Assembly: GCA_963716255.1 (NCBI GenBank)
Contig: OY970303.1
Location: forward strand, 5,792,001-5,856,000
From: an uncultured Gemmatimonadales bacterium
GTDB taxonomy: Bacteria > Gemmatimonadota > Gemmatimonadetes > Longimicrobiales > Longimicrobiaceae
Direction: 5' to 3'
DNA length: 64,000 bases
Shown here in pieces: positions 30,701-42,576 of the stretch; the stretch's first letter is position 1, and every line of letters starts with the position of its first letter. The notes beneath the pieces were generated by a model. The model saw only the letters and a list, made by a program, of their open reading frames with translations. It made no database searches and was not told the DNA's origin. The translations under genes and the position numbers were made by a program.

Positions 30701-33700
30701 GCGCGGGGCTGGCGCGCGGCTACGCCGGGCGACCGGGGCTCACCGCGGAGCGCTGGGTGCCCGACGCGCTCTCGGGCGAGGCCGGCGCGCGCCTGTACCG
30801 CACCGGAGACCGGGTGCGCTGGCTGGCTCCGGGCGCGCTGGAGTGGCTGGGACGCACGGACGAGCAGGTCAAGCTCCGCGGCTTCCGGGTGGAGCCCGGC
30901 GAGGTGGAGGCGGCGCTTCTCGCGCACCCCGCCGTGCGCGAGGCGGCGGTCGCCGTGCGCGGCGAGGGCGGCGACGCGCGGCTGGTGGGGTGGATCGTCC
31001 CCGCCGGCGCGTCCTTCGATCCGGATGACGTCCGCCGCCACCTGGGCGAGCGGCTCCCGGCGCACATGGCGCCGTCCGCGCTGGTGGTGCTGGACGCACT
31101 CCCGCGCACCCCCGGCGGCAAGCTGGACCGCCGCGCCCTCCCCGCGCCCGACGCGTCCGGGCCCGCCGGCGCCGACGCCGCGCACCGGCCTCGCGGCGTG
31201 GAGGAGGAGGTCCTCGCCGGGATCTGGGCGACGGTGCTGGGCGTGGAGCCGGGCGCGCGCGACGACTTCTTCGCGCTCGGCGGGCACTCGCTGCTGGCCG
31301 CGCGGGTGGTCGCGCGCGTGCGGCAGGCGCTCGGGGTGGAAGTGCCGCTGCGCGCCGTGTTCGACGCACCCACGCTAAAAGGGCTGGCCGCCGTCGTCGC
31401 CGGGCGCCGCCGGGCCGGGGGCGCGGCGCTCCCGCCGCTCCGCCGCGTCCCGCGCGACGACCGCGGCGCGCTCCCGCTGTCGTTCGCGCAGGAGCGGCTG
31501 TGGGTGATCGACCGCATGGAGCCCGGGAGCGCCGCCTACAACATCCCCGCCGCGCTCCGCCTGTCGGGGCGGCTGGACGTCGCGGCGCTGGAGCACGCGC
31601 TGTCGGAGGTCGTCCGGCGGCACGAGGCGCTGCGCACCACGCTCGCGGAGCGCGGCGGCCGCCCGGTGCAGGTCGTCCACCCCGCGGCTCCCGTCGTCCT
31701 GCCGGTCGCGGACCTGTCGGCGCTCCCGGACGCGGAGCGCGGGGCCGCCCTGCGCCGCCTCGCCGCGGAGGAGGCCGCGCGCCCCTTCGACCTGGCCGCC
31801 GGGCCGCTGCTGCGCGTCGCGCTCCTCCGGCTCGGCGGCGAGGAGCACGTCCTGCTGCTGACCGTTCACCACGCCGTGGGCGACGCGTGGAGCACGTCCG
31901 TGCTGCTGGGCGACCTGGCGGCCGCGTACGGCGGGGCCGCGCTCCCGGATCTCCCGGTGCAGTACGCCGACTTCGCCGCGTGGCAGCGCGCCTGGCTCAC
32001 GGGCGACGTGCTGGACGCGCACCGCGGCTGGTGGCGCGGGCGGCTGGCCGGCGCGCCCCCCGCGCTGGAGCTGCCGACGGACCGCCCGCGCCCCGCCGCG
32101 TGGTCCGGCCGGGGCGCGGCTCACCCGTTCGCGCTCGCCCCGGAGCTGAGCGGCGCCCTCAAGGCGCTCGCCCGCGCCGAGGGCGCGACGCCGTTCATGG
32201 TGCTGCTCGCCGCCTGGCAGGTGCTGCTCGGGCGCTGGTCCGGCCAGGACGACGTGGTCGTCGGCACGCCGGTGGCCGGGCGCACGGCGGCGGAGACGGA
32301 GGGGCTGGTGGGGCTCTTCGTCAACACGCTGGCGCTGCGGGTCGACCTGTCCGGCGATCCCCCCTTCCGGGAGGTGGTCGCGCGGGTGCGGGACGCGGCG
32401 CTGGGCGCGTACGCGCACCAAGAGCTCCCCTTCGAGCGGCTGGTGGAGGAGCTGGGCGTGCGGCGCGACCTGGCCCGCAACCCGGTCTTCCAGGTGGTGT
32501 TCGCGCTCCAGAACACCCCCGGCCTCCCGGTGGAGATGAGCGGCGTGCGCCTGGAGGTGGAGGGCGCGGAAAGCGCCACCGCCAAGTTCGACCTGGCGCT
32601 GGCGATGGCGGAGAGCGGCGATGGCTTCCAGGCCGCGCTGGAGTATGCGGTCGACCTGTTCGACCGGGAGACCGCCGAGCGGATGGCCGCGCACTTCCGC
32701 GTGATCCTGGAGGGGATCGCCGCCGGCCCGTCGCGCCGCGTATCCGAGCTGCCGCTGGTGGAGCCGGCCGAGGCGCGGATGCTGGAGGCGTGGAGCGGGG
32801 CGTCCGTGGCGCCGGCCGCCCCGTGGACGCCCGTCCACGAGCGGGTGCTCGCCCGCGCCGCGGAAGCGCCGCACGCCGTCGCGGTCGTCCTGGGCGACAC
32901 GCGGACGACGTACGGCGAGCTGGCGCGCCGCTCCGGGGAGCTGGCCGCCCGCCTCGCCGCGCGCGGCGTGGGCCCGGAGACACGCATCGCGCTGCTGGCG
33001 GAGCGCTCGCCGGAGCAGGTCGCCGCGATGCTGGCCGTGCTCCGGGCCGGCGCGGCGTACCTCCCCATCGACCCGTCCACCCCCGACCGGCGCATCGCCC
33101 GCATCCTCGCCGACGCCGGAGTGCCGGTGGTGCTGACCCAGCGGCCGCTTGCGGGGCGGCTGGAAGGCTTCGGGGGCGAGGTCGTGCTGCTGGACCCGTC
33201 GAGCGAGCAGAACGGCGCGTCGGCGGCAGGTGCAGTTTCGCACTCGCCGTCCTCCCTTGCGTACGTCGTCTACACCTCCGGCTCCACCGGCACCCCCAAG
33301 GGCGTGGCCGTCACCCACGGCGGCCTGGCCAACCTGGTGGACTGGCACCTGGACGCGTTCGGCGTCACCGCGGCGGACCGGGCGACGCAGCTGGCCGGGC
33401 TCGGCTTCGACGCCGCCGTGTGGGAGACCTGGCCGTACCTGGTCGCGGGAGCCGAGCTGCACCTGGTGGCGGACGAGGAAGTCCGCGCGTCGCCGGAAGC
33501 GCTCCGCTCGCTCCTGCTGGACCGCGGCATCACCCTGGCGTTCGCGCCCACGGCGCTGGCCGAGACGCTGCTGGCGCTGGAGTGGCCGCGGGAGACGGCG
33601 CTGCGCGCGCTGCTCACCGGAGGCGACGCGCTGCGTGTCCGCCCGCGGCCCGGCGCCCCGTTCCGGCTGGTGAACAACTACGGTCCCACGGAAAGCACCG

Positions 33701-36700
33701 TGGTCGCCACCTCCGGCGTCGTCCCGCCGGCGGAGACCGGCCGGCCTCCCGCGATCGGAAGGCCCATCCGCGGCGTGCGGGCGATCGTGCTCGACGCGGC
33801 GCTGCGGCCGGCGCCCGTCGGCGTACCGGGCGAGCTGTGCGTGGGGGGCGCCCAGGTCGCGCGGGGATACCTGGGGCGGCCGGAGCCGACGGCGGCGGCG
33901 TTCGTCCCGGACCCGCTCGCGGGGGAGCCCGGCGCGCGGATGTACCGCACGGGGGACCGCGCCCGCTGGCTGGCGTCCGGCGAGCTGGAGTTCCTGGGGC
34001 GCCTGGACCAGCAGGTCAAGGTGCGCGGCTTCCGCATCGAGCCGGGCGAGGTGGAGGCCGCGCTCCTGGCGCACCCGTCGGTTCGCGAGGCCGTGGTCGT
34101 GGCGCGGGAGGCCGGCCCCGGCGACCGGCGCCTGGTCGCCTACGTCGTGGGCGCGGAGGGCACCGCCCCCGCCGCCGACGCGCTGCGCGCGCACCTGCGC
34201 GCCCGGCTCCCGGAGTACATGCTCCCGGCCGCCTTCGTCGCGCTCGCGGCGCTGCCGCTGACCGCGCACGGCAAGCTCGACCGCCGCGCCCTCCCGGAGC
34301 CGGAGCTGGACGCCGGGCGCGGCGGCGGGGACGCGCCGCGCTCGGTCACCGGGGAGCTGCTGGCAGGGATCTGGGCGGAATTGCTGGGCGGAGAGCCCGG
34401 CATGCAAGACGACTTCTTCGAGCTGGGCGGCCACTCGCTCCTGGCCGCGCAGGTGACGTCGCGCGTGCGCGCGGTGCTGGGCGTGGAGATGCCGCTGCGC
34501 GCGCTCTTCGAGGCGCCCACCCTGGCCGGGCTCGCCGCGCGTGTCGACGCCGCCGCCCGCGAGGCCGCGCCGCCCATTGAGCCCGCCCGCCGCGACGGGC
34601 CGGTGCCGCTCTCCTTCGCCCAGGAGCGGCTGTGGTTCCTGGGGCAGCTGGGGACGGACACCGCGGCGTACGTCATCCCCGGCGCGCTCCGCCTGCGCGG
34701 CGTGCTGGACGCCGCGGCGCTCGCCGGGAGCCTGGCGGAGATCGTCCGCCGGCACGAGGCGCTGCGCACCACCTTCGCCTTCGTGGACGGCCGGCCGGTG
34801 CAGGTGGTGAGCCCGCCGGGCGGCCTCGACCTCCCCGCCACCGACCTGTCCGGCCTTCCCGCGGAGGAGCGCGAGGACGCCATGCTGCGCCTTGCACGGG
34901 AGCAGACCGCGCGCCCCTTCGACCTGGCTCGCGGGCCGCTCTTCCGCGCCCGGCTCGTCCGCCTGGCGGCGGAGGAGCACGTGCTGCTCATCGTCGTGCA
35001 CCACGTCGTCGCGGACGGGTGGAGCATGGGCGTGCTCTTCGGCGAGCTGTCCGCCCTGTACGCCGCGTTCTCGCGCGGCGAGGCGTCGCCGCTGGCGCCG
35101 CTGCCGGTGCAGTACGCGGACTTCGCCCTGTGGCAGCGGCGGTGGCTGTCGGGGGCGGTCCTGGAGCGGCAGCTCGCCTGGTGGCGCGGGCGGCTGGCGG
35201 GGGCGCCGCCGCTCCTCGCCCTCCCCACGGACCGCCCGCGCCCGCCGGTGCAGCGCTTCCGCGGGGCGCTCGTCTACCGCTGGCTCCCGGACGCGCTGGC
35301 CGCGGATGCCCGGGCGCTCGCCCGGCGCGAGGGCGCGACGCCGTTCATGGTGTTCCTGGCCGCGTTCCAGGCGCTCCTCGCCCGCTACTCCGGCCAGGAC
35401 GACGTGTCCGTGGGGACGCAGGCGGCGGGGCGCACGCGCGCGGAAACGGAGGGGCTGATCGGCTTCTTCGTCAACACCCTTGTGCTGCGCTGCGACCTGT
35501 CGGACGATCCCGGCTTCGGCGCGCTGCTGGCGCGGGCGCGCGAGGCCGCGCTGGGCGCCCACGCGCACCAGGACGTCCCGTTCGACCGCGTGGTGGAGGC
35601 GCTGGAGCCCGAGCGCACCCTCAGCTACACCCCGCTCTTCCAGGCGCAGCTCGTCTTCCAGAACGTCCCCGGGCTGGCCGTGGAGCTGCCGGGGCTGTCC
35701 ATCGCCGGCGTGGACGTGGACCAGGGGACCAACAAGTTCGACCTGTCGCTGTACGTGCAGGAGACGCACCGGGGCACCCGCGCCACGCTGGGCTACGACA
35801 CCGACCTGTTCGACGCGGCCACGGCGGAGCGGATGCTGGCGCGCCTGGAGCTGCTGCTCGCCGGGGCGGCGGCGGACCCGGCGCGCCCGGTCTCCACGCT
35901 GCCGCTCCTGGACGCCGCCGAGCGCGCCGAGGTGGTGCACGCGTGGAACCGCACGGAGGCGGAGTATCCCCGCGGCGCCTGCCTGCACTCGCTCTTCGAG
36001 GCGCAGGTCCGCCGCGCTCCGGACGCCCTGGCGCTCCGCTTCCTGGGCCGGTCCATGACCTACGTCGAGCTGGACCGCCGCGCCAACCGGCTCGCGCATT
36101 GGCTGCGGCGGCGGGGCGTGGGGCCGGAGGTGAAGGTGGGCATCTGCATGGAGCGCGGCTTCGAGATGATGGTGGCGGTGCTGGGGATCCTCAAAGCCGG
36201 CGGCGCCTACGTCCCCGTGGACCCGCTCTTCCCGGCGGACCGCATCGCCTTCACGCTGGGCGACGCGGGCGTGCGCACGGTACTCACGCAGGAGAGCGTG
36301 CGCGACAGCGTCCCCGCAGGGCTGGAGGCGCTCCGCCTGGACGCGGATGCGGACGTGCTCGCCGGCGAGGCGGAGGCCGCTCCGGAGGTCGCCGTGGAGT
36401 CCGCCAGCCTGGCGTACGTGCTGTACACCTCCGGCTCCACGGGGCGTCCCAAGGGCGTGCTGGTGGCGCACAGGGGGATGGTCAACCTGGTGGTGGACCA
36501 GGCGCGCGTCTTCGGCTGCGGGCCGGAGGACCGCGTCCTCCACTTCGCCCCGCTGCACTTCGACGCCTCCGCCGCGGAAATCTTCATGGCGCTGGGCTCG
36601 GGCGCCGCGGTGGTGCTGGGGACGCGCGAGGCGGTGCTCCCCGGGCCGGAGCTGGTGAGGCTGCTGCGCGAGGAGCGTGTGACCAACGCCAAGTTCACTC

Positions 36701-37770
36701 CCTCGGCGCTGGCGGCGCTCCCGGAGGCGGAGCTCCCCGACCTGCGCGTGGTGCTCGCCGGCGGCGAGGCGGTCCCGGCGGAGCTGGTGCGGCGCTGGGG
36801 GCCGGGGCGGGCCTTCTGGAACGTGTACGGTCCCACGGAGAACAGCGTCCGCATCTCCTTCGGCGCGTGCCGGCCGGAGGAGGATCGCATCCCGCCCATC
36901 GGCCGCCCGCTGGCCAACGTGCGCGCCTACGTGCTGGACCGCCACCTGGAGCCCGTCCCGCCGGGGATCCCGGGCGAGCTGTACTCCGCCGGCGACGGGG
37001 TGACGCGCGGCTACCTGGGGCGGCCGGACCTCACGGCCGAGCGCTTCCTCCCCGACCCGTTCGGCGCGGCCGGCGGGCGCCTGTACCGCACGGGCGACCT
37101 GGCGCGCTGGCGCGCGGACGGGGAGCTGGAGTACATCGGCCGCACCGACTTCCAGGTGAAGATCCGCGGCTTTCGCATCGAGCCCGGCGAGGTGGAGGCG
37201 GTGCTCGCCCGGCACCCCGCGGTGCACGAGTGCGCGGTGGTCGCGCGGGACGAGGGGCGCGGGCCGTACCTGGCCGGCTACGTGGTGGCGGCGGAGGGCA
37301 CGCATCCCACGACGGCGGAGCTGCGCGCCTTTCTCCGCGAACGGCTGCCCGAGTACATGGTGCCGCCGGGGATCGTGCTGCTGGATGCCATTCCGCTGGG
37401 CCCCAGCGGCAAGCTGGACCGGCGCGCCCTCCCGGCTCCGACGCTGGAGGCGGAGGCGGGGTTCGTCGCCCCGCGCGAGGGGCTGCAGGAGGCCATCGCG
37501 GCGGTGTGGAGCGAGGTGCTTGGGGTGGACCGGGTGGGGGCCGCGGACAACTTCTTCGAGATCGGCGGGCACTCGCTGCTGCTGGTGAAGCTGCACGCCC
37601 GCCTGCGCGAGACGCTGGGGCGCGAGGTCGCCATCGTGGAGCTGTTCCGCTTCCCCACGGTCGCCTCGCTCGCCGCGCACCTGGAGCCTGGCGGCGAGGC
37701 GGAGGCGCCCGACCCGCGCGGCCGCGACCGCGCGGCCATGCGCCGGGCCATGTCGCGACGGCGGGGGTGA
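24796..37770 (+). CDS. NRPS, 4 C-A-T modules, no TE, basic C-terminal docking-like tail
   Basis: C motifs HHVASDG, HHVAGDA, HHAVGDA, HHVVADG; four A and four T domains. Hand-read codes: DLFNCALTY (Ala-type), DAWQFGLID (Gln), DAWFLGNVV (Leu), DAAKLGVVR (unassigned, probably anionic substrate). Confidence 0.95.
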   Translation: MGANEGPGRAVAVSAAKRALLEKRMRGGFAAAAERRSIPRRPQDGPAPLSFAQRRLWFLEQMEPGTPLHNLPGAFRLRRALDPAVLRRAATEVVRRHDALRAVFTAEGGEPVQTVAPARAVPVPVVDLSRLDEEARGAEAVRRIRFEGALPFDLGSGLLARVSVLRLGAEDHVVLVTHHHVASDGWSMSLFVGEMLEAYRALLAGAVPALPELPVRFADFAAWQRDELGGDLPAGDLAWWRDHLAGAPSLLEIPTDRPRSAAQGTAGALHAFDLPAELLEAVQALARAEGATPFMVLLAAFATLLSRWSGQEDVVVGSPIAGRTRAETERLVGFFANTLPLRTDLSGDPTFRDLLRRVREATLGAYARQEVPFERIVETLRVERSLAHAPVFQVMFTLQNNPGIVEVAGFRLEPADAGSGTAKFDLTLGLEERAGRLVGIVEYATALFDAETVARMVEQFRTLLEGIVADPSCRVAELPLLGPGERSVLLCDWSGTDAAAADDACLHERFEAQARRTPDAVALVAGRERVTYAALDARASAVAAELRARGVGPETRVGVCTGRGAEMVAATLGVLKAGGAYVPLDPRYPRERLAFVLEDAAVSVVVASEAAVGALPEFGGEIVACDGTPLPPAPSPARGEGEHDNAARQEACPQNWGRVASLSEPGGSDPADASTVSVHPANLAYLIYTSGSTGRPKGVQIEHRSAVALLRWADEVFADDVLGGVLASTSLSFDLSVFELFLPLGRGGTVVLAEDALALATLPAREEVTLLNTVPSAAAALVRAGAVPASVRVVCLAGEALKRGLVDELYGLPQVEAVYNLYGPSEDTTYSTWARVPRTEGRDPAIGRAVAGTRAYVLDGRMEPAPAGVPGELYLGGAGVARGYLGRPDATAGAFVPDPFGRAAGGRLYRTGDRARWLASGELEFLGRLDHQVKVRGFRVEPGEVEGALLAHPAVRECVVVAREEAPGGARLVAYVVAGEGAPEPDAAELRRHLRATLPEHMVPALFVALAALPRTPNGKLDRGALPAPEAGSTSAEHVPPRGATEAAVAAAWSELLRADAVGARDNFFELGGHSLLATQVVARLRDRLGVELPLRAVFEAPTVAELAARVDSLRGGAGEDAGARIPALAGPRRFPLSFSQERLWFLHRMDPASPVYNIPVVLRLSGRLDAGALERALSALVRRHETLRTVFAEADGVAVQVVQGAADVPLPLADLSALGRERAEAGAARLAAAEAARPFDLAAGPVFRAALLRLAADEHLLLLTLHHVAGDAWSVGILLGELAAAYRGAPVAVLPVQYGDFAAWQRGRLSGEVLDAQLAWWRGHLAGAPAALDLPTDRPRPREQSHRGASHAFAVPAEVAAAVHALARREGATPFMVLLAAWQTLLARWSGQDDVVVGTPIAGRTRAETEGLVGFFVNTLALRTELSGRPSFREVVARAREAALGAYAHQELPFERLVEALGAERDAGRNPVFQAMLALQNTPGGTEMEMGGVRARVEEPGSATSKFDLTLAMVERDGRLDAVLEYAVDLFDRATVERMAAQLVVLLRSAAADPGRPAAGLAILPPEERRRVVEAWNDTAAAFPPAPVHALVAEQAARTPDAVAVVAAGASLTYAGLSARADALAAELRALGAGPEARVGICMERSAEMVVALLAVLRAGAAYVPLDPEYPAERLAYMLADSGAGVLLTQERLRGTLPEFGGVMVVCDGTPFPPAPSPARGEGENDTAELQGQEALPQNWGVASLSEPGGGAAADASVVSVDPDNAAYVIYTSGSTGRPKGVVVPHGALANHVRWMQRDLPLSAGDRVLQKTPFSFDASVWEFWAPLVAGGTLVMAEPGAHREPARLVRALAGERITVAQFVPSLLSAVLEEDARAWTTARRVFCGGEALPAELAARARATLGAEVVNLYGPTEACIDATFAVASGTSSGPGATVPIGRAVANARAFVLGPEGEPAPVGVPGELYLGGAGLARGYAGRPGLTAERWVPDALSGEAGARLYRTGDRVRWLAPGALEWLGRTDEQVKLRGFRVEPGEVEAALLAHPAVREAAVAVRGEGGDARLVGWIVPAGASFDPDDVRRHLGERLPAHMAPSALVVLDALPRTPGGKLDRRALPAPDASGPAGADAAHRPRGVEEEVLAGIWATVLGVEPGARDDFFALGGHSLLAARVVARVRQALGVEVPLRAVFDAPTLKGLAAVVAGRRRAGGAALPPLRRVPRDDRGALPLSFAQERLWVIDRMEPGSAAYNIPAALRLSGRLDVAALEHALSEVVRRHEALRTTLAERGGRPVQVVHPAAPVVLPVADLSALPDAERGAALRRLAAEEAARPFDLAAGPLLRVALLRLGGEEHVLLLTVHHAVGDAWSTSVLLGDLAAAYGGAALPDLPVQYADFAAWQRAWLTGDVLDAHRGWWRGRLAGAPPALELPTDRPRPAAWSGRGAAHPFALAPELSGALKALARAEGATPFMVLLAAWQVLLGRWSGQDDVVVGTPVAGRTAAETEGLVGLFVNTLALRVDLSGDPPFREVVARVRDAALGAYAHQELPFERLVEELGVRRDLARNPVFQVVFALQNTPGLPVEMSGVRLEVEGAESATAKFDLALAMAESGDGFQAALEYAVDLFDRETAERMAAHFRVILEGIAAGPSRRVSELPLVEPAEARMLEAWSGASVAPAAPWTPVHERVLARAAEAPHAVAVVLGDTRTTYGELARRSGELAARLAARGVGPETRIALLAERSPEQVAAMLAVLRAGAAYLPIDPSTPDRRIARILADAGVPVVLTQRPLAGRLEGFGGEVVLLDPSSEQNGASAAGAVSHSPSSLAYVVYTSGSTGTPKGVAVTHGGLANLVDWHLDAFGVTAADRATQLAGLGFDAAVWETWPYLVAGAELHLVADEEVRASPEALRSLLLDRGITLAFAPTALAETLLALEWPRETALRALLTGGDALRVRPRPGAPFRLVNNYGPTESTVVATSGVVPPAETGRPPAIGRPIRGVRAIVLDAALRPAPVGVPGELCVGGAQVARGYLGRPEPTAAAFVPDPLAGEPGARMYRTGDRARWLASGELEFLGRLDQQVKVRGFRIEPGEVEAALLAHPSVREAVVVAREAGPGDRRLVAYVVGAEGTAPAADALRAHLRARLPEYMLPAAFVALAALPLTAHGKLDRRALPEPELDAGRGGGDAPRSVTGELLAGIWAELLGGEPGMQDDFFELGGHSLLAAQVTSRVRAVLGVEMPLRALFEAPTLAGLAARVDAAAREAAPPIEPARRDGPVPLSFAQERLWFLGQLGTDTAAYVIPGALRLRGVLDAAALAGSLAEIVRRHEALRTTFAFVDGRPVQVVSPPGGLDLPATDLSGLPAEEREDAMLRLAREQTARPFDLARGPLFRARLVRLAAEEHVLLIVVHHVVADGWSMGVLFGELSALYAAFSRGEASPLAPLPVQYADFALWQRRWLSGAVLERQLAWWRGRLAGAPPLLALPTDRPRPPVQRFRGALVYRWLPDALAADARALARREGATPFMVFLAAFQALLARYSGQDDVSVGTQAAGRTRAETEGLIGFFVNTLVLRCDLSDDPGFGALLARAREAALGAHAHQDVPFDRVVEALEPERTLSYTPLFQAQLVFQNVPGLAVELPGLSIAGVDVDQGTNKFDLSLYVQETHRGTRATLGYDTDLFDAATAERMLARLELLLAGAAADPARPVSTLPLLDAAERAEVVHAWNRTEAEYPRGACLHSLFEAQVRRAPDALALRFLGRSMTYVELDRRANRLAHWLRRRGVGPEVKVGICMERGFEMMVAVLGILKAGGAYVPVDPLFPADRIAFTLGDAGVRTVLTQESVRDSVPAGLEALRLDADADVLAGEAEAAPEVAVESASLAYVLYTSGSTGRPKGVLVAHRGMVNLVVDQARVFGCGPEDRVLHFAPLHFDASAAEIFMALGSGAAVVLGTREAVLPGPELVRLLREERVTNAKFTPSALAALPEAELPDLRVVLAGGEAVPAELVRRWGPGRAFWNVYGPTENSVRISFGACRPEEDRIPPIGRPLANVRAYVLDRHLEPVPPGIPGELYSAGDGVTRGYLGRPDLTAERFLPDPFGAAGGRLYRTGDLARWRADGELEYIGRTDFQVKIRGFRIEPGEVEAVLARHPAVHECAVVARDEGRGPYLAGYVVAAEGTHPTTAELRAFLRERLPEYMVPPGIVLLDAIPLGPSGKLDRRALPAPTLEAEAGFVAPREGLQEAIAAVWSEVLGVDRVGAADNFFEIGGHSLLLVKLHARLRETLGREVAIVELFRFPTVASLAAHLEPGGEAEAPDPRGRDRAAMRRAMSRRRG

Positions 37771-37975
37771 CCGCGGGCACCGCCGCGCGGAGTCCACCTC
37801 TGGAAAAACGTTGAAATGGCCGGGCCGGCGATCTACTCTGATGTCTCCGGCGGGGCATCGCCTGATTCACTTCAACGTCGGGGCCTGGACATGAGAGCTC
37901 ACCTGGACGACGGGACTTCCACGCAGCTCGACGACCTGAGGGATCACTACAGGGAGCTGGGTCGCACTCTCGTCG

Positions 37976-38752
37976 ATGATGGTTGCGATCCTGGCTACGT
38001 GGATCTCGTACCTTATTTTCAAGCGTAGCTTGAGGGCGAGCGCACGGCCCGTACTTGTCTTCTCCATGTCGGGTAACATCGAGTGGACGATTACGAATGT
38101 GGGGAGTGGGGCAGCTGTTGATGTCCTAGTAGGCGACCGGGCACGGGACGGTTCTTTCGTCAGCATAACCAACTGCTATCCGCTTCCGATTGGTGGACAA
38201 CTGGATTTGACCTGGCTCCGGGCAGGCAATCAACTGGTCGTCGTATACAGAGATATTTACGGCGGCATATTTACCACACTGTGCTCGCGTAATCGAAACA
38301 CGATACACCACGGCGACTTGTTTCCCGAATGGGTCGCAGATAGTCAACAGTGGACGTTTGCGCGCCATCGTGCAGGTGCTCGTGAAAGCCAACTTCGTCC
38401 CATCCATCTCCACGGCAAATCCACGTGGGAACTAGAGGTCATGCAGAACGAACCGTTTGCACGCCGCGGGTGCGAGTTTAAAAAGCAGGCTCTCGACGAG
38501 TATTTTCGCTCGCAAACCTGGTATGTGCCTCGTGCAAGAGATCAGGCCGCCGCCGCTCAGGATTTCAGTGAGGCCGAAAAATTTGAGGTAGATCTCATAT
38601 CGGTCTACCAGAAGGACCATCGTCCGCAGATACAATCACAGGCGTCGAGCGGTCGTGTTGGAAGAATCCGAGCGAGGGTAGCCACCTTGTTCCCGCAGGT
38701 CGGAATCAAATCGGCTCCTCCCATCCGTCAGAAGCCAACATCAGCTTTTTGA
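37976..38752 (+). CDS. YARHG-domain membrane-anchored protein in a lower-GC patch
   Basis: N-terminal hydrophobic stretch; LEVMQNEPFARRGCEFKKQALDEYFRSQTWYVP resembles the YARHG consensus; many A/T-ending codons. Confidence 0.65.
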   Translation: MMVAILATWISYLIFKRSLRASARPVLVFSMSGNIEWTITNVGSGAAVDVLVGDRARDGSFVSITNCYPLPIGGQLDLTWLRAGNQLVVVYRDIYGGIFTTLCSRNRNTIHHGDLFPEWVADSQQWTFARHRAGARESQLRPIHLHGKSTWELEVMQNEPFARRGCEFKKQALDEYFRSQTWYVPRARDQAAAAQDFSEAEKFEVDLISVYQKDHRPQIQSQASSGRVGRIRARVATLFPQVGIKSAPPIRQKPTSAF

Positions 38753-38893
38753 ACCAGTCACACTCTTCCGCTCGGTTCATCGCGCATTGTAACCGACACG
38801 TTCATCTGCTGACGAAGGGTGTAAAACCCAAGAAAGCTGAACCGGCGCGGGGCCTTGGCGGCCCTGCGCCGGTTGCTCTTTATCCAGCCCTGA

Positions 38894-39025
38894 TCAGCCG
38901 CGCATCCAGAGGCTGTGGTAGAAGCGGGTGTAGAAACTTGGCGCCCGTACCGTCCTTGACGTCGAACTGGCCGTCGCCGTTGCCGTAGATGCCGCCGGGG
39001 TCGCTGGCTCGGCAGGAGACGCTCC
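38894..39025 (-). pseudogene. Possible 3' gene remnant (..DPGGIYGNGDGQFDVKDGTGAK / FYTRFYHSLWMRG*)
   Basis: GC3-rich codons with one apparent extra base and no start codon. Confidence 0.25.
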
Positions 39026-39035
39026 GGCCCGGGGG

Positions 39036-40748
39036 CTACCCGGCCTCCAGGTGCAGCCGGCGGCAGCGGGGATACGGGAAGAAGTCGGGGATCTCGCCCG
39101 CCGCCTGCCGGCGCTGCATCTCGCGCCAGAAGCCCACGGTGAGCAGGTCGGCGTGGGCCTCCAGGAAGGCTTCGCGGAGGGGCCCGGCGGGAACCAGGAA
39201 GGGGAGGAACTCCTCCGGGAACACGTCCCCCTCGTCCACCGAGAACCAGGGGTCGGCGCTCATCTCGTCCTCGTCGTTGCGCGCCACGGGGAGCGGGCGG
39301 AAGCGGACCTCCGAAAGGAGCGCCAGCTCGTCGTAGTCGTAGAAGATGACCCGGCCGTGCCGTGACACTCCGAAGTTCTTGAGGAGCAGGTCGCCCGGGA
39401 AGATGTTGGCGGAGGCCAGGTCCTTGATGGCGTTGCCGTACTCCACCACGGCCGCGCGCGCCGCCTCCGGGGTGGCCTCTCGCAGGTACAGGTCCAGCGG
39501 GCGCAGCCGCCGCTCCGTGTACAGGTGGCGGATCACCACGCGGCCGCCGGCCAGACGCACGCTCTCCCCCGCCTCTCCCAGCAGCTCGTCCAGCAGCTCC
39601 GGCGCGAAGCGCTCGCGCGGAAAGTCCAGGTGCTCGAACTCCTGCGCGTCCGCCAGCCGCCCCACCCGGTCGTGCGCGAACACCAGCCGGTAGCGGTTCA
39701 TCACCCGGTCGCGCGTGACGCTCTTTGGCGCGGCGAAGCGGTCGCGGATCACCTTGAACACCACGTTGTAGGCGGGGAGGGTGAACACGGTCATCACCAG
39801 CCCCCGCACCCCCTCCGCCGGCTCGAAGCGCGCGTCCGGCTCGGCGAGCTGACGCGTCAGCTCGCGGTACAGCTCCGTCTTGCCGTGGCGGTTGTGGCCC
39901 AGGCTGTTGTACAGCTCGTTGACCGGCTTCGCGGGCATCAGCGAGCGAAGGAATTCCACCGTCTCGCGCACCCGGGCGGAGTCGGCGTGGAAGTACGAGC
40001 GCGCGAAGCTGAAGACCACGTGGATCTCGTCCGGTGCCGTGAGCACCGCGTCCGGCCTCACCCCCTCCGGCGGGTGGCCGAGCGGGACCACCAGCGGACG
40101 CACCCCGCCGGAGGCCAGCCGCAGCCGCGCCACCAGGTACGCGCCCTTGTTGCGGAAGAAGGGGAAGGGAAGCACCTCCGCCGCGCGCGCGGCGTCCGCC
40201 TGCGCGCCCAGCTGCTCCCGCGCCGCCCGGGCGCAGAGCGCCGCGTCGCCGGGCAGGTCGGCGAAGTCGCCCGCCAGCCCGGTGTCCGCGAAGATCCGCT
40301 CGAAGAGCTCCGGGGACACGCCCCGCGCCGCGTACTCGCGGTGCAGCGGGGGCGCTAAGGGCATGGGCCACGACTCGCAGTCGGCGGTGAACTCGCTGCG
40401 GCGGTCCACCCCCACGGTTCCCAGCACCCGCCGCACCACGGAGTTGAAGAAGGTGCCCGCCATCTCGGCGTCGGGGCGGCCGCGCACCAGGGCGGCGTAC
40501 CGCGCCTTGAAGGCGGCCTCCCCCGGCGCGCCCGCGGGCGGGGCGGGGACCCGGCCGCGCAGCTCGCCGACCACGCGCCCCACCTCGCGCGGGTACACGG
40601 TCAGCCGCTCCGCGGCGTCCTCCTGCGCGGCGCGCCACTCGCGCCGCAGGAAGCGGCCGGGCGCGCGCCGCGTCACCTCGCCGAAGGCGGCGAGGTACGC
40701 CTCGAACGCGGCGAGGATCGCCTCCGCGGTGTCCGCTTCTCCCGTCAT
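39036..40748 (-). CDS. aceK: Isocitrate dehydrogenase kinase/phosphatase
   Basis: TFFNSV, FFRNKGAY, FSFARSYF, GKTELYR, VFKVIRD, HDRVGRLAD, IFPGDLLLKNFG, FYDYDE. Confidence 0.95.
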   Translation of the reverse strand: MTGEADTAEAILAAFEAYLAAFGEVTRRAPGRFLRREWRAAQEDAAERLTVYPREVGRVVGELRGRVPAPPAGAPGEAAFKARYAALVRGRPDAEMAGTFFNSVVRRVLGTVGVDRRSEFTADCESWPMPLAPPLHREYAARGVSPELFERIFADTGLAGDFADLPGDAALCARAAREQLGAQADAARAAEVLPFPFFRNKGAYLVARLRLASGGVRPLVVPLGHPPEGVRPDAVLTAPDEIHVVFSFARSYFHADSARVRETVEFLRSLMPAKPVNELYNSLGHNRHGKTELYRELTRQLAEPDARFEPAEGVRGLVMTVFTLPAYNVVFKVIRDRFAAPKSVTRDRVMNRYRLVFAHDRVGRLADAQEFEHLDFPRERFAPELLDELLGEAGESVRLAGGRVVIRHLYTERRLRPLDLYLREATPEAARAAVVEYGNAIKDLASANIFPGDLLLKNFGVSRHGRVIFYDYDELALLSEVRFRPLPVARNDEDEMSADPWFSVDEGDVFPEEFLPFLVPAGPLREAFLEAHADLLTVGFWREMQRRQAAGEIPDFFPYPRCRRLHLEAG

Positions 40749-40835
40749 GCGTCGCTCCGGTGCGGGTCCGGCCCGGCGCGACGAAAGATCCGGGCCGCAC
40801 CCGCCCCGCCCGCGCGTGAGGCCGGGGGGCGCCGC

Positions 40836-41789
40836 TCAGTCGATGGGCTTCAGGTTCGCCACGATGGCGGCCCGCCGCGGCTCCAGGAAGGGCGGGAGCA
40901 CCACGCTCTCGCCGAGCGTGGCGGGATCCTCGTCCACCGCGAAGCCGGGGCCGTCCGTCGCGATCTCGAAGAGCACGCCGCCCGGCTCGCGGAAGTACAG
41001 GCTGCGGAAGTAGTAGCGGTCGATCTCGCCGCTGTTGGGAATGCGCATCTCGGCGAGGCGCGCGGCCCAGGCGTGGTACTCGTCCTCCGTGGGGGTACGG
41101 AACGCCACGTGGTGCACGCCCCCCGCCCCCGGGCCGACCACCGGGAGGTCGGGCTGCACGGCCACGTGCAGCTCCGCGTGGGGGCCGCCGGCCCCCATCT
41201 CGTACACGTGCACGGTGTGCCGCGCGCTCCCGGGGTGCGGGTACTCGCGAACCGGGCGCATCCCCAGCACGCGGGTGAGGACCGGGTCGGTGCGGCGCAG
41301 GTCGGGGACGCTCATCACGATGGGCCCCAGACCGCGCACCTGGTGCTCCGCCGGCACCGGGCTGCGCTCCCAGGGCACCGGCTCGTCCCCCAGGCCGCCG
41401 TCGTCCACCAGCGCCAGCCGCTGCCCCTCCGGGTCCTCGAAGTCCAGGGTGGGCCGCCCGTCGCGCTCCGCCACCTCGCCGGCGGCGACGCCGTGCTCCG
41501 CCAGGCGCGCGCTCCACCACTCCAGCGAGGCGGCGCCGTGCACGCGCAGCGAGGTGCGGGTGACGCTGTGCGTCCCCCGGCGCTCGCGCGGCACGCTCCA
41601 GTCGAAGAAGGTGAGGTCGTTGCCCGGCGAGCCGGCGGCGTCCGAGTAGAAGAGGTGGTAGGCGCTCACGTCGTCCTGGTTGACGCTGCGCTTCACCAGG
41701 CGCATCCCCATCACCCGCGTGTAGAAGCGGTGGTTGCCGCGCACGTCGGCGGTGACAGCGGTCAGGTGGTGGATTCCGGTGAGGTCCAT
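40836..41789 (-). CDS. Ring-cleaving dioxygenase, VOC/glyoxalase family (MhqO-like)
   Basis: [59 protein letters not shown]. Confidence 0.9.
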   Translation of the reverse strand: MDLTGIHHLTAVTADVRGNHRFYTRVMGMRLVKRSVNQDDVSAYHLFYSDAAGSPGNDLTFFDWSVPRERRGTHSVTRTSLRVHGAASLEWWSARLAEHGVAAGEVAERDGRPTLDFEDPEGQRLALVDDGGLGDEPVPWERSPVPAEHQVRGLGPIVMSVPDLRRTDPVLTRVLGMRPVREYPHPGSARHTVHVYEMGAGGPHAELHVAVQPDLPVVGPGAGGVHHVAFRTPTEDEYHAWAARLAEMRIPNSGEIDRYYFRSLYFREPGGVLFEIATDGPGFAVDEDPATLGESVVLPPFLEPRRAAIVANLKPID

Positions 41790-42072
41790 GCGGCTCCGCG
41801 GTCGGGCAGGGGTGTGGAGTGCGCCCGCATCCGGGCGCGCGCGGGCGCCCGCGGCCCCCTGCAAGAAGCGCCGCCCTCCGCCGCTGTCAGAAACGGACCG
41901 CGTCGCGCGTTCTCCTTTTCGGGGGAGCGGCCAGGCTTCCATCCCTGCCGCCCCGGCGCAGCCGCCATGCACCGCACTACTCCCAACCGCGACCCGTCGT
42001 GCCGATCCTTCGCCCCACCCTGCGCACTCCCGCGTCCGCCGGCTCCCTGTCGCCGTTCCTGGGCTCTGGCGG

Positions 42073-42576
42073 CTAGTCCTCGCCCGGGGCCCGCGGGACT
42101 GCTTCCCCGGGCGCTTCGGCGGTGGGGTCCGGGTACGGGCGACGCGTCTCCGCCACGGCGCGCGTGCCCCGCGGCCGCCCTCCCTTCCTCCCGTTCTCCC
42201 GTGCGGCCGCCGCCTTGGCGTCGCTGGTGCTCCCGCCCAGGTACTTTCCGGCCCAGCGCCGCAGGTTGAAGCTCTGCGCGAGCAGCCCGGGCACGGAAAG
42301 GTCCTCGTCCAGCTCCTCCCAGTGCAGCCCCTCGCCCCCGGCCTCCACCTCCACCGCCGCGAGCTGGCCGGGCGCCGCGTTCGCCAGCCGGGGAGACACG
42401 CCGGGGGGAAAGCCAAACACGAAGCCGCCCACGAGCTCCAGCATCACCCGCCCGTTCACGGCGTCGTACCAGGCGCGCACGGCTCGCGGCTCCGTCGCGT
42501 CCGAGAGCAGCGCGTTGCTGCGCGCCCGGGGAATGTCCAGCCGGATCTCCTCGTCCGTCCGCGTGGTCCTAGCCAT
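42073..42576 (-). CDS. DUF2442-family antitoxin-like protein
   Basis: [20 protein letters not shown]-terminal [19 protein letters not shown]; overlaps the upstream DUF4160 gene. Confidence 0.8.
   Translation of the reverse strand: MARTTRTDEEIRLDIPRARSNALLSDATEPRAVRAWYDAVNGRVMLELVGGFVFGFPPGVSPRLANAAPGQLAAVEVEAGGEGLHWEELDEDLSVPGLLAQSFNLRRWAGKYLGGSTSDAKAAAARENGRKGGRPRGTRAVAETRRPYPDPTAEAPGEAVPRAPGED

Noticed and set aside
7393..37814. Very long alternative-frame and antisense ORFs (e.g. 7393-15054, 12317-18448, 21189-25844, 24765-31028, 31375-37797)
   Set aside because: Shadow ORFs caused by extreme GC3 bias; low-complexity R/G/A/P translations overlapping clear NRPS and LanB genes.
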